From Dehalococcoidia bacterium (GTDB lineage: Bacteria > Chloroflexota > Dehalococcoidia > DSTF01 > JACRBR01): a DNA stretch of 64,000 nt. Every line of letters starts with the position of its first letter. Position 1 is the first letter of the stretch. The DNA is taken from contig JBGQBE010000001.1 of assembly GCA_041494685.1 (NCBI GenBank), forward strand, positions 62,001 to 126,000. The letters run 5' to 3'. Below are positions 9,819 to 19,235 of the stretch, in pieces. The notes beneath the pieces are model-generated. The model had not been told where the DNA came from. It did not search any database and saw only the letters and a list, made by a program, of their open reading frames with translations. The position numbers and the translations under genes were made by a program.

Positions 9819-10667
9819 ATGAAGCAGCCGTCAGGCAGCGCCGAGATCACCGTCGAAGCATTCCTCGATAACGAGGACAGCGCCGATATCCGCAACCCGA
9901 TCCACTCGACGGACTTCGCCCGGCGGTACGGCTTTCGCGGGCCCCTCGTCGGCGGCGTCACGGTCTGGGGCTGGGCCACGCCCGCAATCCTCGACGCCGT
10001 CGGCGCCGCGTGGCTCGACCGCGGCTGGTCCGAGTTCATCTTCCGCCAGCCCACCTATCCCGGCGACCGCCTGCGCGTCCGCGTGCGGCCCGCCGCGGAT
10101 CACGACGGCGGCGCGTTCAGCGTCACGATGACGAACCAGGACGGCGTCGACTGCGTCACCGCTACTGTGGGGCTCGGCGATGCGCCGTGGCTCGGCGACC
10201 TGTCCGTGCCCGCGCGCGTCGACGGTGCGCCCGCGCCCGACCCGCAGCCGGCGCTCCTGCTGGAGACGGCGCCCGTCGGCCAGGATCTGACGCCGATGGC
10301 CATCTCCTTCTCGGTACAGGATGCGCGCGACTACATCCGCGAGAGCCAGCGCACCGTCGATCCGCTCTTCGTGGGCGACCGCCCGCGCCTGCACCCCGGC
10401 TGGCTCGCCGGCCGCGTCGAAGAGCTGCTGCGGCACCACTTCGCGCTCCCCAGCTCGATGCACACGCGGAGCAAGGTGCAGCACCTCGCCCGCGCCGAGG
10501 CCGGCCAGACGGTGACCACCGCCGCCCGGCCGATCGAGGCGTACGAGCACAAGGGCCACCATATCGGCGTCTTCGACTGCGTGATCCTCGGCGAAGCCGG
10601 GACGAAGCTCGCGCAGATACGGCACACGACGATCTTCCGCATCGCTTTGCCCGCTGACCGCCGCTGA
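9819..10667 (+). CDS. double hotdog-fold (MaoC-like) protein
   Basis: NPIHSTDFARRYGFRGPLVGG and F..PTYPGD motifs; second hotdog repeat. Confidence 0.8.
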   Translation: MKQPSGSAEITVEAFLDNEDSADIRNPIHSTDFARRYGFRGPLVGGVTVWGWATPAILDAVGAAWLDRGWSEFIFRQPTYPGDRLRVRVRPAADHDGGAFSVTMTNQDGVDCVTATVGLGDAPWLGDLSVPARVDGAPAPDPQPALLLETAPVGQDLTPMAISFSVQDARDYIRESQRTVDPLFVGDRPRLHPGWLAGRVEELLRHHFALPSSMHTRSKVQHLARAEAGQTVTTAARPIEAYEHKGHHIGVFDCVILGEAGTKLAQIRHTTIFRIALPADRR

Positions 10668-10694
10668 CCAGCCGCGGCGCGGTACCATGTCTGC

Positions 10695-11057
10695 GTGGAC
10701 CGCACCGCCGTTATCGCCGTCTCAGACCTGATGTTCCAGCCGCGCATCACCGCGGCGGCGCAGGCGCTCGGACTGCGCGTCCGCATCGCCGATTCGGCGG
10801 AGACGGCGCGCGAAGCGATCGCCGGCGCGCCCGCGGTCGTCGTCGTCGACCTGCAGGAGCGCAACGCCGACGCCACGCAGATCATCCTCGCCGCGAAGGC
10901 AGCCGGGGCGCGGGTGCTGGCGTTCGGCCGGCACACTGACGCGGGAGCGTTGCGGGCAGCCCGGCGGGCCGGTGCCGACACGGTTGTGCCGCGCTCCGAG
11001 CTGGCCGAGGAGCTGCCGCGGCTGCTCGAAGCGCTCCTGCCCGCGCCGAGCGCGTGA
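10695..11057 (+). CDS. single-domain receiver-like protein
   Basis: DLMF..RI, VVVDL, AFGRH.D, AGAD.VVPRS pattern. Confidence 0.65.
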   Translation: MDRTAVIAVSDLMFQPRITAAAQALGLRVRIADSAETAREAIAGAPAVVVVDLQERNADATQIILAAKAAGARVLAFGRHTDAGALRAARRAGADTVVPRSELAEELPRLLEALLPAPSA

Positions 11058-11146
11058 ATATGAGTGCCGGTGCGCGACACGGGTACATCGATTGTGGGCG
11101 GATCAGGCCGCTGTTATAGTGCTCGCGGGCGCTCTTTCTACTGCTT

Positions 11147-12637
11147 ATGACCTCAGTCTCCGCAACAACCAGGTACGAGACCGTGATCGGTCTGGAGGTG
11201 CACGTGCAACTCCTGACCGAACGCAAGATGTTCTGCGGCTGCAGCGCGGACTACGCCGACGCCCCTCCGAACACGCACGTCTGCCCCGTCTGCATGGCGC
11301 TGCCAGGCGTCCTGCCGGTGATCAACCGCCGCGCCGTCGAGCTGACCGTGATGGCGGCGCTCGCGCTCAACTGCGAGATCCCGGCCTTCTCCAAGTTCGA
11401 CCGCAAGAACTACCCCTACCCTGACCTGCTCAAGGGCTACCAGATCTCGCAGTTCGACCTGCCGCTCTCGCAGAACGGCTGGATCGACATCGAAGTCGAG
11501 GGCCAGGAGCCCCGCCGCGTCGGCATCACCCGCTGCCACCTCGAGGAGGACACCGCGCGGCTCACGCACCGCGCGGAGTTCGGCGACACCTTCTCGCTAA
11601 TCGATATGAACCGCTCGGGCGTGCCGCTGATGGAGATCGTCGGCGAGCCCGACCTCCGCTCCGCCGACGAAGCGCGCGCCTACCTGGTGAAGCTGCAGAA
11701 GATCATGCGGTACATCGGCGTCAGCAAGGCGAACATGGAGGAGGGCAACCTCCGCTGCGACGCCAACGTCTCGCTCCGCCCGATCGGCGCCACGGAGCTC
11801 GGCTCCAAGGTCGAGATCAAGAACATGAACAGCTTCCGCTCCGTCTACCACGCGCTCCAGTTCGAAGTGGAGCGCCAGACGCGCGAGCTGGACCTCGGCA
11901 ACCGCATCCCGCAGGAGACGCGCGGCTGGATCGACACGGACGGCATCACCGTCAGCCAGCGCTCCAAGGAACAGGCGCACGACTACCGCTACTTCCCGGA
12001 GCCAGACCTGCCGCCCGTGACCCTGGCTGCCGCGGAGGTCGAGCGCCTCCGCGCCCTGCTGCCGGAGCTGCCGGACGCCAAGCTGCGCCGCTTCGAGGCG
12101 GAGTACGGCCTCTCGCCGTACGAGGCGGGCCTGGTCACCGACACGCGCGCCAAGGCCGACTACTTCGAGCAGACCGTCGCCCCGGCGCTGGCGAAGGACC
12201 CGGAGGCGATCCGGCATTATGCAAAGCAAGCGGCCAACTGGATCACCGGCGACTTCGCCCGCCTGACCAACGCCGCGAACATTGACATCGCTGAATCGAA
12301 CGTCAAACCGGCGGACTTGTATGCTATGATCGCGCTCGTCCAGGACGGGACGATCACCGGCGCGGCCGCCAAGACCGTGTTCGACGAGATGTTCCGCACG
12401 GGCAAAGCGCCGGCCGCGCTGATCGAAGAGCTGGGCCTGCAACCGATCAGCGGCGCTGAGGAGATCGACGCGATCGTCGACCGCGTTCTGGCGGCAAATC
12501 CGAGGCCGGTAGATGACTTCCGCGCAGGGAAGCAGGAAGCGATCAAGTTCCTGGTGGGGCAGGCCATGCGGGAGACGCGCGGCCGCGCGAATCCCGCCAC
12601 GCTCACAGAGATCCTGCGCACGAAGCTGGGAGGCTGA
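11147..12637 (+). CDS. gatB: Asp/Glu-tRNA amidotransferase subunit B
   Basis: IGLEVHVQL, FDRKNYPYPDL, HLEEDTA, NRSGVPLMEIV, LRCDANVS, DYRYFPEPDL. Confidence 0.98.
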   Translation: MTSVSATTRYETVIGLEVHVQLLTERKMFCGCSADYADAPPNTHVCPVCMALPGVLPVINRRAVELTVMAALALNCEIPAFSKFDRKNYPYPDLLKGYQISQFDLPLSQNGWIDIEVEGQEPRRVGITRCHLEEDTARLTHRAEFGDTFSLIDMNRSGVPLMEIVGEPDLRSADEARAYLVKLQKIMRYIGVSKANMEEGNLRCDANVSLRPIGATELGSKVEIKNMNSFRSVYHALQFEVERQTRELDLGNRIPQETRGWIDTDGITVSQRSKEQAHDYRYFPEPDLPPVTLAAAEVERLRALLPELPDAKLRRFEAEYGLSPYEAGLVTDTRAKADYFEQTVAPALAKDPEAIRHYAKQAANWITGDFARLTNAANIDIAESNVKPADLYAMIALVQDGTITGAAAKTVFDEMFRTGKAPAALIEELGLQPISGAEEIDAIVDRVLAANPRPVDDFRAGKQEAIKFLVGQAMRETRGRANPATLTEILRTKLGG

Positions 12638-12696
12638 GCGGTATTGCATAACAGGCTATTCACATTCGTGGAACCCGTGGTAGACTGGCGGTCGGC

Positions 12697-14022
12697 ATGC
12701 GATCGCTGATTAAAGACCCCAACTTCATCAAGTGGTTCTACTTCGGCATGCACATCAAGCGCTGGCTGTTGCTGCTGCTTGCCGGCGTCGCCATCATGGG
12801 CCTGGGATTCGGCTTCTTCCTCCGCGAGGTGTACGTCAACTACACCTTCCCGGCCTTCGTCTACTACCTCACGCTCCAATTCTTCCCCCGCTGGGCCCGG
12901 GGCGCGTTGTTCGTCGTCTCCAGCCTCGGCATCATCTCCTTCGCCGTCTGGAAGCTCAACCAGTCGCTGCTCTCCGCGTTCATCAAGCCGGAGCGCAACG
13001 AGAGCATCGTCGACATCATCTACAACCACCGCTACCTGCGGCGCGGCCCCAAGATCGTCGCCATCGGCGGCGGCACCGGGCTGTCGACGCTGCTCCGCGG
13101 CCTCAAGGAGTACACCGGCAACATCACCGCCATCGTCTCGATCGCCGATGACGGCGGCAGCAGCGGCCGCCTCCAGCGCGAACTGGGCGTGCTGCCGCCC
13201 GGCGACATCCGTAAGAACATCGCCGCACTGGCCGACGCCGAGCCGCTGATGTCGCGGCTCTTCGAGTATCGCTTCTCCGAGGGCGAAGGCCTGGAGGGCC
13301 ACAGCTTCGGCAACCTGTTCATCGTCGCCATGACGGAGGTCGCCGGCAACTTCGAAGAGGCCGTCCGCGAGACCAGCCGCGTCCTCGCGGTGCGCGGCCA
13401 GATCCTGCCCGCGACGCTCTCCGCGCTCACCATCTGCGCGCGCACCAACGACGGCGAGATCGTCCGCGGCGAGTCGGCGATCACCGAGCACGGCCACGTG
13501 AAAGAAGTCTTCCTCGACCCGGCGAATATCAAGGCGAACCCTGACGCCATCCGCGCCATCCTCCAGGCCGACATGATCATCTGCGGGCCCGGCAGCCTGC
13601 TCACGAGCGTGCTGCCGAACATGATGGTCGAAGGCATCCGCCGCGCCATCGAGACCTCGCCCGCACTCAAGGTCTACGTCTGCAACGTCGCGACGCAGCA
13701 CGGCGAGACGGACTCGTTCAAGGTCAGCGACCATGTGAAGGCGCTGAAGGAGCACCTCAAGGGCTCCCCGTTCGACTTCGTGCTGGCGAACAGCAACACC
13801 AACGCCACCCTCCCGGCCGAGTGGCACTCGGAGCCCGTGCAGGTCGACAGCACGGCGCTCGAGGGCGCCCGTGTCATGAAGGCGGACGTCGTCTCCGAGG
13901 AGAACCGCTACCGCCACGACTCCAAGAAGCTCGCCGATGCGCTCGTGCGCCTCTACTACGAGCGCAACCAGCTCAGCGAGGCCGAGCCCGCAACGCGCCG
14001 GGAGCCCGTCGGCGTCGGGTAG
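12697..14022 (+). CDS. yvcK: gluconeogenesis factor YvcK (UPF0052/CofD-related) with N-terminal membrane segment
   Basis: AIGGGTGLS, ADDGGSSGRL, PPGDIR, GHSFGNL, GPGSLLTSVLPN. Confidence 0.92.
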   Translation: MRSLIKDPNFIKWFYFGMHIKRWLLLLLAGVAIMGLGFGFFLREVYVNYTFPAFVYYLTLQFFPRWARGALFVVSSLGIISFAVWKLNQSLLSAFIKPERNESIVDIIYNHRYLRRGPKIVAIGGGTGLSTLLRGLKEYTGNITAIVSIADDGGSSGRLQRELGVLPPGDIRKNIAALADAEPLMSRLFEYRFSEGEGLEGHSFGNLFIVAMTEVAGNFEEAVRETSRVLAVRGQILPATLSALTICARTNDGEIVRGESAITEHGHVKEVFLDPANIKANPDAIRAILQADMIICGPGSLLTSVLPNMMVEGIRRAIETSPALKVYVCNVATQHGETDSFKVSDHVKALKEHLKGSPFDFVLANSNTNATLPAEWHSEPVQVDSTALEGARVMKADVVSEENRYRHDSKKLADALVRLYYERNQLSEAEPATRREPVGVG

Positions 14023-14045
14023 CGCGAGATCCCGCCAAGACGAAC

Positions 14046-14077
14046 AGGACGGCCGCCCGATGGGGCGGCCGTCCTGC
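14046..14077. terminator. GC-rich hairpin between convergent genes
   Basis: CAGGACGGCCGCCC-GATG-GGGCGGCCGTCCTG. Confidence 0.7.
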
Positions 14078-14103
14078 ATCTGCGATGCTCCCAGGCTACG
14101 GCG

Positions 14104-14805
14104 CTAGGCCGCCGTGCCGCCGCCGCGGGATCGATCGTCCCTCGCCAGCGCGCGCAACCCCGCGACCGCCATGTCGACAAGCTGCGGCGGCAACGCCCAC
14201 TCCCCCGGCGACCACCGCTCGAACGCGTGCAGCGCCGTGAAGTCGATCGAGTAGGTGTTGCGCCGCCCCTGCCGGTGGCGGACGATGATCCCGTCATGCT
14301 CCAGCTGGTTCAGAATCGCGACGACCGCGCGCTCCGTCACGCCCACGCCCACGGCCATCTCCCGCACGGTGCTGCCGCTGTCCATCGCGATGCTCAGGAG
14401 CAGGAGCGCGTGGTTCGTGAAGAATCCCCACGTCCCCATGCGCGGGTCCTGCGCGCCCGAATCCAGCGATTCCGGCGTGAGGCCGTTCGCGTCGCCTCCG
14501 TGGTAGTTGGAGATCGCCAGCAGCGTCTTGATCAGCGCGTCCACGAACTCCCGCGGCGTCAACGACGCCGTCCCCTCGCGGCGGTACGCCGCCAGCCGGT
14601 CGAAGTTCACCGCGTAGGTGTTCCGGCGCCCCTCGCGGCTCCGCTCGACGATCCCCTCTTCGCTCAGCTGCCGGAGGATCGCCAGCGTCGCGCGCTCCGT
14701 GACGCCCACGCCGGATGAGATCTCCCGCACCGTGGCGCCGTTGTGACGCACGACGTAGATGAGCACCAGTGCATGGTTGGTGAGGAAGCCCCACGTCTGC
14801 GTCAT
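14104..14805 (-). CDS. tandem winged-HTH (MarR/ArsR-like) regulator
   Basis: Two copies of TWGF(L/F)TNHAL...TVRE...VGVTERA...IL.QL...GI..R.R.GRRNTY. Confidence 0.85.
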   Translation of the reverse strand: MTQTWGFLTNHALVLIYVVRHNGATVREISSGVGVTERATLAILRQLSEEGIVERSREGRRNTYAVNFDRLAAYRREGTASLTPREFVDALIKTLLAISNYHGGDANGLTPESLDSGAQDPRMGTWGFFTNHALLLLSIAMDSGSTVREMAVGVGVTERAVVAILNQLEHDGIIVRHRQGRRNTYSIDFTALHAFERWSPGEWALPPQLVDMAVAGLRALARDDRSRGGGTAA

Positions 14806-14875
14806 ACCCCGTTCCCTCCTTGGAACCGTCTCGGCAGGTGCTGAAAAAGGGTCGAAAATTCGATGTCCAAAGTAC

Positions 14876-14903
14876 TTGACAGGTCGATTTCAGGAACTAC
14901 AAT
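14876..14903 (+). promoter_or_regulatory. sigma70-like promoter
   Basis: TTGACA-16 nt-TACAAT in an AT-rich intergenic region. Confidence 0.6.
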
Positions 14904-15067
14904 ACATGTATAGCCAATCAGGCTACTTGAATCACGTTACTTGGTTCATGTGGTGAATTTCACGAACCGATACACGTGTTATGGCAATCATCTCTCAGGC
15001 ATCATGCATTACCCTTCACGGATTTGCAAGACTTTGAGCTGCCATAACGCTACGAATTTCGAAAGAA

Positions 15068-15330
15068 GTGGGGCTGTCGCTGGGTCGAGGACGTGCGGAG
15101 GAGATCCCGCCACGCGCGGGGAACGGCGGCAGCGGATCCGAAAGGAGAGGGTCCCGGGAAGGAGCTGAGCCCGGCGAGTGCAAAATGCTTTGGTGGCAAC
15201 AAGGCGGGGGATTCGGCACTCAGGGCAAGGTTCCGGGGGCGGTTTGGCCGACCGCCCTTCCCTGCAGCATCATCGGTAGGTCGGTCCAAGGGAGGAACCG
15301 AGAGAGCCGGTCAGGAGGGCCGGCTTTTTC
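15068..15330 (+). ncRNA. candidate structured ncRNA of unknown class (may start near 14910)
   Basis: Series of hairpins and a + strand intrinsic terminator with no credible + strand CDS upstream. Confidence 0.45.
15304..15330 (+). terminator. intrinsic terminator
   Basis: GAGCCGGTC-AGGAG-GGCCGGCTTTTT. Confidence 0.7.
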
Positions 15331-15342
15331 GTGGCCCCGCTT

Positions 15343-16230
15343 CTACGCGCGCTTCGGACCGCCGCCCGCGGCCAGCACCGTGTTGTACAGCAGCATCGCC
15401 CGCGTCATCGGCCCGACGCCGCCCGGCACCGGCGTGATCGCCGACGCCTTCTCCGCCACGGCCGCGTAATCGACGTCGCCGACCAGCCGCGTGCCCTTCT
15501 TCTTCGTAGCGTCCGGTATCGCGTTGACGCCCACGTCGATGACGATCGCGCCTTCGCGCACCATGTCCGCGGTGATCGCGCCCGGCCGCCCCATCACCGC
15601 GATCAGGATGTCCGCCTGCCGCGTGAAGTGCGCGATATCCGGCGTGGCCGTGTGGCAGACCGTCACCGTGGCGTTGCCGCCGCGCCGCTTCTGCAGCAGC
15701 AGGCCCGCCAGCGGCTTCCCTACCAGGTTCGATCGCCCGCAGATCACGGCGTGCTTCCCGGCGGGATCGTGACCGGAGCGCAGGAGCATCTGCACCACTC
15801 CGTGCGGCGTGCAGCCGAGCAGCGCCGGCTCGCCCCGGAACAGCCGCCCCACGTTCGTCGGGTGCAGGCCGTCCACGTCCTTCTCGACCGCCACAGCGCC
15901 GGTGGCCGCCACCTCGTCGATGTGGTCCGGCAGCGGCAGCTGGACGATGATCCCGCTCCAGCGCGGGTCGGCGTTCAGCTCCGCGACGATTCGCAGCAGC
16001 TCCGCCTGCGAGGTCGTCGCCGGCAGCCGCACGGTGTCGGACCGCATCCCGACCTCCGCGGCGTCGCGCGTCTTCCCACGCACGTACGACACCGACGACG
16101 GATGCTCGCCCACCAGCACCACCGCCAGCCCCGGCTCGATGCCGCGCGCGCGCAGGCGCTCGACGTCCGCGCGGACCTCGTCGCGGACCTGCCGCGCGAT
16201 GGCGTTGCCGTCGATGACTGTGGCGGACAT
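15343..16230 (-). CDS. folD: methylenetetrahydrofolate dehydrogenase/cyclohydrolase
   Basis: YVRGK, GIIVQLPLP, KDVDGLHP, CTPHG, GRSNLVGKP, ITPVPGGVGPMT. Confidence 0.97.
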   Translation of the reverse strand: MSATVIDGNAIARQVRDEVRADVERLRARGIEPGLAVVLVGEHPSSVSYVRGKTRDAAEVGMRSDTVRLPATTSQAELLRIVAELNADPRWSGIIVQLPLPDHIDEVAATGAVAVEKDVDGLHPTNVGRLFRGEPALLGCTPHGVVQMLLRSGHDPAGKHAVICGRSNLVGKPLAGLLLQKRRGGNATVTVCHTATPDIAHFTRQADILIAVMGRPGAITADMVREGAIVIDVGVNAIPDATKKKGTRLVGDVDYAAVAEKASAITPVPGGVGPMTRAMLLYNTVLAAGGGPKRA

Positions 16231-16346
16231 GCTTCGCTCCGTCGCTACAAAGGGGCCGGCGGGCACATTCTACCGGCGCGCCCGCCCCGGCACAGCCCGC
16301 GCCGCCGCCGATACCGCATCCGGGCCCGCGCGCGTACAATCGCGGC

Positions 16347-16784
16347 ATGGAGATGGCCGTCGGCATCGACGTGATCGTCATCAGCCGCGTGGCGAAGGTG
16401 CTCGACAAGCACCCGGAGCGCTTCCTTCAGCGCGTCTATACGCCCGAGGAAGTGGCCTTTTGCCGCGGCCGCGTCCACGAGCTGGCAGCCCGCTTCGCCG
16501 CGAAAGAGGCGGTCATGAAGGCCCTGGGCACCGGCGCGCGCGGCCTCGCGTGGCGCGAGATCGAGGTGCTGCCGAACCGCCGCGGCAAGCCGCTCGTGTA
16601 CCTGCACGGCCTGGCGAAGCAGCGCGGCGAGGCCATCGGCCTGCAGGGCGTCGACATCAGCCTGACGCATGAAGGCGACCTCGCCATCGCGGTGGTCGTC
16701 GGCATGGCCAGCGACGCGCCCATCGATCGCGCCGCGCACCGTGCGGGCCTGGTCGAATGGCTGAAAGAGCAGGGACGGCTATGA
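16347..16784 (+). CDS. acpS: holo-ACP synthase
   Basis: GIDVI, LAARFAAKEAVMKALGTG, GKP, ISLTHE. Confidence 0.96.
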   Translation: MEMAVGIDVIVISRVAKVLDKHPERFLQRVYTPEEVAFCRGRVHELAARFAAKEAVMKALGTGARGLAWREIEVLPNRRGKPLVYLHGLAKQRGEAIGLQGVDISLTHEGDLAIAVVVGMASDAPIDRAAHRAGLVEWLKEQGRL

Positions 16785-18466
16785 AGCTCGTGACGGCTGC
16801 GCAGATGCGAGACCTTGAGCAGCAGGCGGTCGCCGCGGGAACTTCGCTCGACGCGTTGATGGAGGCCGCCGGGCTCGCCACGGCGCAGGAGGTGTGGCTG
16901 ACGCTCGGCGTCGTCGCCGGACGCCGCGTACTCGTGCTGTGCGGTCCCGGCAACAACGGCGGCGACGGCCTCGTGGCCGCGCGCCACCTGGCCGAATGGG
17001 ACGCCGACGTCTGCGTGTACCTGCTCGCGGAGCGCCCCGCTGACGATCCGAACCTCGCGCGCGTCCGTGAGCTCGGCGTGCCCGTCTTCGCCGCTCCCAC
17101 CGACGCCGGCTACGCCGCGCTCGACGACGCCCTCTCCGGCGCGGAGATAGTCGTCGATGCGCTGCTGGGAACAGGCCGCAGCCGCCCGGCCGAGGGCGCG
17201 CTCGCGGAGGTGCTGACGCAGCTGCGCGCGGCGAGCGCACGTCCGCGCCCGCCGAAGGTGATCGCCGTCGATCTGCCGACCGGCGTGGACGCCGACTCCG
17301 GCCGCGCCGACCCGCTGGCCGTGCGCGCCGACCTCACCGTCACGTTCGGGCTCGCGAAGGTCGGCCTCTACACGCTGCCCGGCTCCGAGTACGCCGGCCG
17401 CATCCAGGTCGTTGACATCGGCATCCCGAAGGAGGCCGAGCGCGCGGTGCCGCTGGACCTGCTGGGCATCTCCTGGGTGCGCGAGCGGCTGCCGCAGCGC
17501 CCGATGGCATCGAACAAGGGGACCTTCGGCCGCGTGCTCGTCGTCGCCGGCTCGCGGCAGTACGCCGGCGCGGCGCGGCTGGCGGCCGAGGCCTGCTACC
17601 GCGCCGGCGCCGGCCTCGTCACCATCGCCTGCCCGGCCAGCGTGCAGCCGCTGATCGCGCCCGCGCTGGCGGAGGCGACCTGGCTGCCGCTGCCCGAGAC
17701 GGACGGCGCCCTCAGCGAGCGCGCCGCGGCCCTGATCCGCGAGCGCCTCGCCGCCTACGACGTGCTGCTCATCGGCCCCGGCCTCACGCAAGCGGACAGC
17801 ACGCACCAGTGCGTGATCGACGTCCTGAAAGCGCCGCCGCCGAACGTGCGCGCGGCGGTGATCGATGCCGACGCGCTCAACGTGCTGCCCGTCGACCCGA
17901 ACTGGCGCGGCCGCGCGCGCGCCGAGAACGTCCACGTCCCGAACTGGCACACGCGCATCGGATTGCCCGCCGTGCTGACGCCTCACCCCGGCGAGATGGC
18001 GCGACTCCTCGGCAGCACCGTCGCGGACGTGCAGGCCGACCGCCTGGCCGCGGCGACGAAGGCCGCCGCCGACTGGCAGCAGGTCATCGTGCTGAAGGGC
18101 GCGCACACCGTCATCGCCGCTCCCGACGGGCGCGCGGCGATCAGCCCGTACGCGACGCCCCTGCTCGCGACCGCCGGCACCGGCGACGTGCTCGCAGGCA
18201 CCATCGCCGGCCTGCTGGCGCAGGGCGCCGACCCGTTCGACGCGGCGGGCTGCGGCGTCTACCTGCACGGCATGGCGGCGGAGGAGATCGGCGAGGAGAT
18301 GGGCGACCGCGGCATGCTCGCCGGCGACTTGCTGCGCGAGATCCCGCGCGCCATCCGCACCGTGCTGCACGGCCGCCCGTCGCGCGGCGCACCCGCCCTC
18401 GGCGGCCTCGGCGACCTCGCCGCGGCCTTCGGCGCAGGCGGCGCGCTGCCGCCCGACCTGGCGTAG
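16781..18466 (+). CDS. nnr: bifunctional NAD(P)H-hydrate epimerase/dehydratase
   Basis: CGPGNNGGDG, DALLGTG, DLPTG, NKGTFG, DADALN, TPHPGE, TAGTGDVLAG. Confidence 0.95.
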   Translation: MKLVTAAQMRDLEQQAVAAGTSLDALMEAAGLATAQEVWLTLGVVAGRRVLVLCGPGNNGGDGLVAARHLAEWDADVCVYLLAERPADDPNLARVRELGVPVFAAPTDAGYAALDDALSGAEIVVDALLGTGRSRPAEGALAEVLTQLRAASARPRPPKVIAVDLPTGVDADSGRADPLAVRADLTVTFGLAKVGLYTLPGSEYAGRIQVVDIGIPKEAERAVPLDLLGISWVRERLPQRPMASNKGTFGRVLVVAGSRQYAGAARLAAEACYRAGAGLVTIACPASVQPLIAPALAEATWLPLPETDGALSERAAALIRERLAAYDVLLIGPGLTQADSTHQCVIDVLKAPPPNVRAAVIDADALNVLPVDPNWRGRARAENVHVPNWHTRIGLPAVLTPHPGEMARLLGSTVADVQADRLAAATKAAADWQQVIVLKGAHTVIAAPDGRAAISPYATPLLATAGTGDVLAGTIAGLLAQGADPFDAAGCGVYLHGMAAEEIGEEMGDRGMLAGDLLREIPRAIRTVLHGRPSRGAPALGGLGDLAAAFGAGGALPPDLA

Positions 18467-18467
18467 C

Positions 18468-18881
18468 TCACCTGCTTTGATTGTCAGTTGTTTGCTCACG
18501 ATTTTCCTGTGCGGTGGGCGCGGGCGGCGGGCTTGAGGGCGGTCCAGATTCGACGGACGGCGGCGGGGCGGCCGCGGGGGCGCCGGAACGCGGTCGGGAC
18601 TGATTGTTTGGATTGACCGTGGCGCGCAGTCTATCAATGATCATCGGATGGATGAGCGGGACGACTTGGCGCATGTCGAAGCGCGAGCCGCGCGGGCCGA
18701 GGAGTCCGGCATCACGAATGGCGATCAGGATCTCGTGCAGGGCGGGCGTGTCGCCGCGCTCCTCAAGCACGCGCAGGCCCAAGGCGACTTCGCGCATGCG
18801 GCGGGAGCGATTGCCGCTGCGGAACGCGTTCAAGTTGCCGCGCGGCGCACCCGCGCCGGGCCGTCGCCCGCCTCTCGGCAT
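18468..18881 (-). CDS. small protein with terminase-small-subunit-like N-terminus
   Basis: MPRGGRRPGAGAPRGNLNAFRSG resembles the GAPxGNxNA motif; GAGG RBS. Confidence 0.55.
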   Translation of the reverse strand: MPRGGRRPGAGAPRGNLNAFRSGNRSRRMREVALGLRVLEERGDTPALHEILIAIRDAGLLGPRGSRFDMRQVVPLIHPMIIDRLRATVNPNNQSRPRSGAPAAAPPPSVESGPPSSPPPAPTAQENREQTTDNQSR

Positions 18882-18997
18882 GTCGTAGCCTCATTTCCAG
18901 TGCGGGGTGATCGCCGGGGCGAGTGTACGGCAGGGTGGGGGCGAGTTCGAAGCGGCGCGTGTCACTGCGTCTGGGGAGGACGCCGCGTCACGGGTAT

Positions 18998-19067
18998 CGT
19001 CCAAACTAGACGACTGACGGTCGGTGGAGTCGAAGAGGATCACTGACCTTCCCGTCCAGCGGCGAGC
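18998..19067 (+). repeat. conserved left-end sequence L, copy 1
   Basis: 60/70 identical to 48736-48805 by manual alignment. Confidence 0.9.
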
Positions 19068-19127
19068 AACGCGTCGTCAGTGTCGTGGCTCTTTCGGCCA
19101 CCCAGAAGAAATCGGCGCGCGAGGCAC

Positions 19128-19213
19128 TTGACATCTCCAAACTGAGAGTGATACTCTCCCTCTCAGTTACGGTAGCTGCACTCTCACTCTCTAATCTGAG
19201 AGTGGTGCTCTCA
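19128..19213 (+). promoter_or_regulatory. promoter with palindromic operator repeats
   Basis: TTGACA-16-GATACT; AACTGAGAG/CTCTCAGTT inverted repeat around the -10; TGAGAG-N5-CTCTC occurs twice. Confidence 0.65.
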
Positions 19214-19235
19214 CCATTCAAGGAGGCGTCCTGTC

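Noticed and set aside
15068..15330. RNase P RNA, tmRNA or SRP RNA
   Set aside because: No GAGGAAAGTCC core, no tRNA-like ends or tag frame, no SRP helix-8 context; kept as an unknown RNA.
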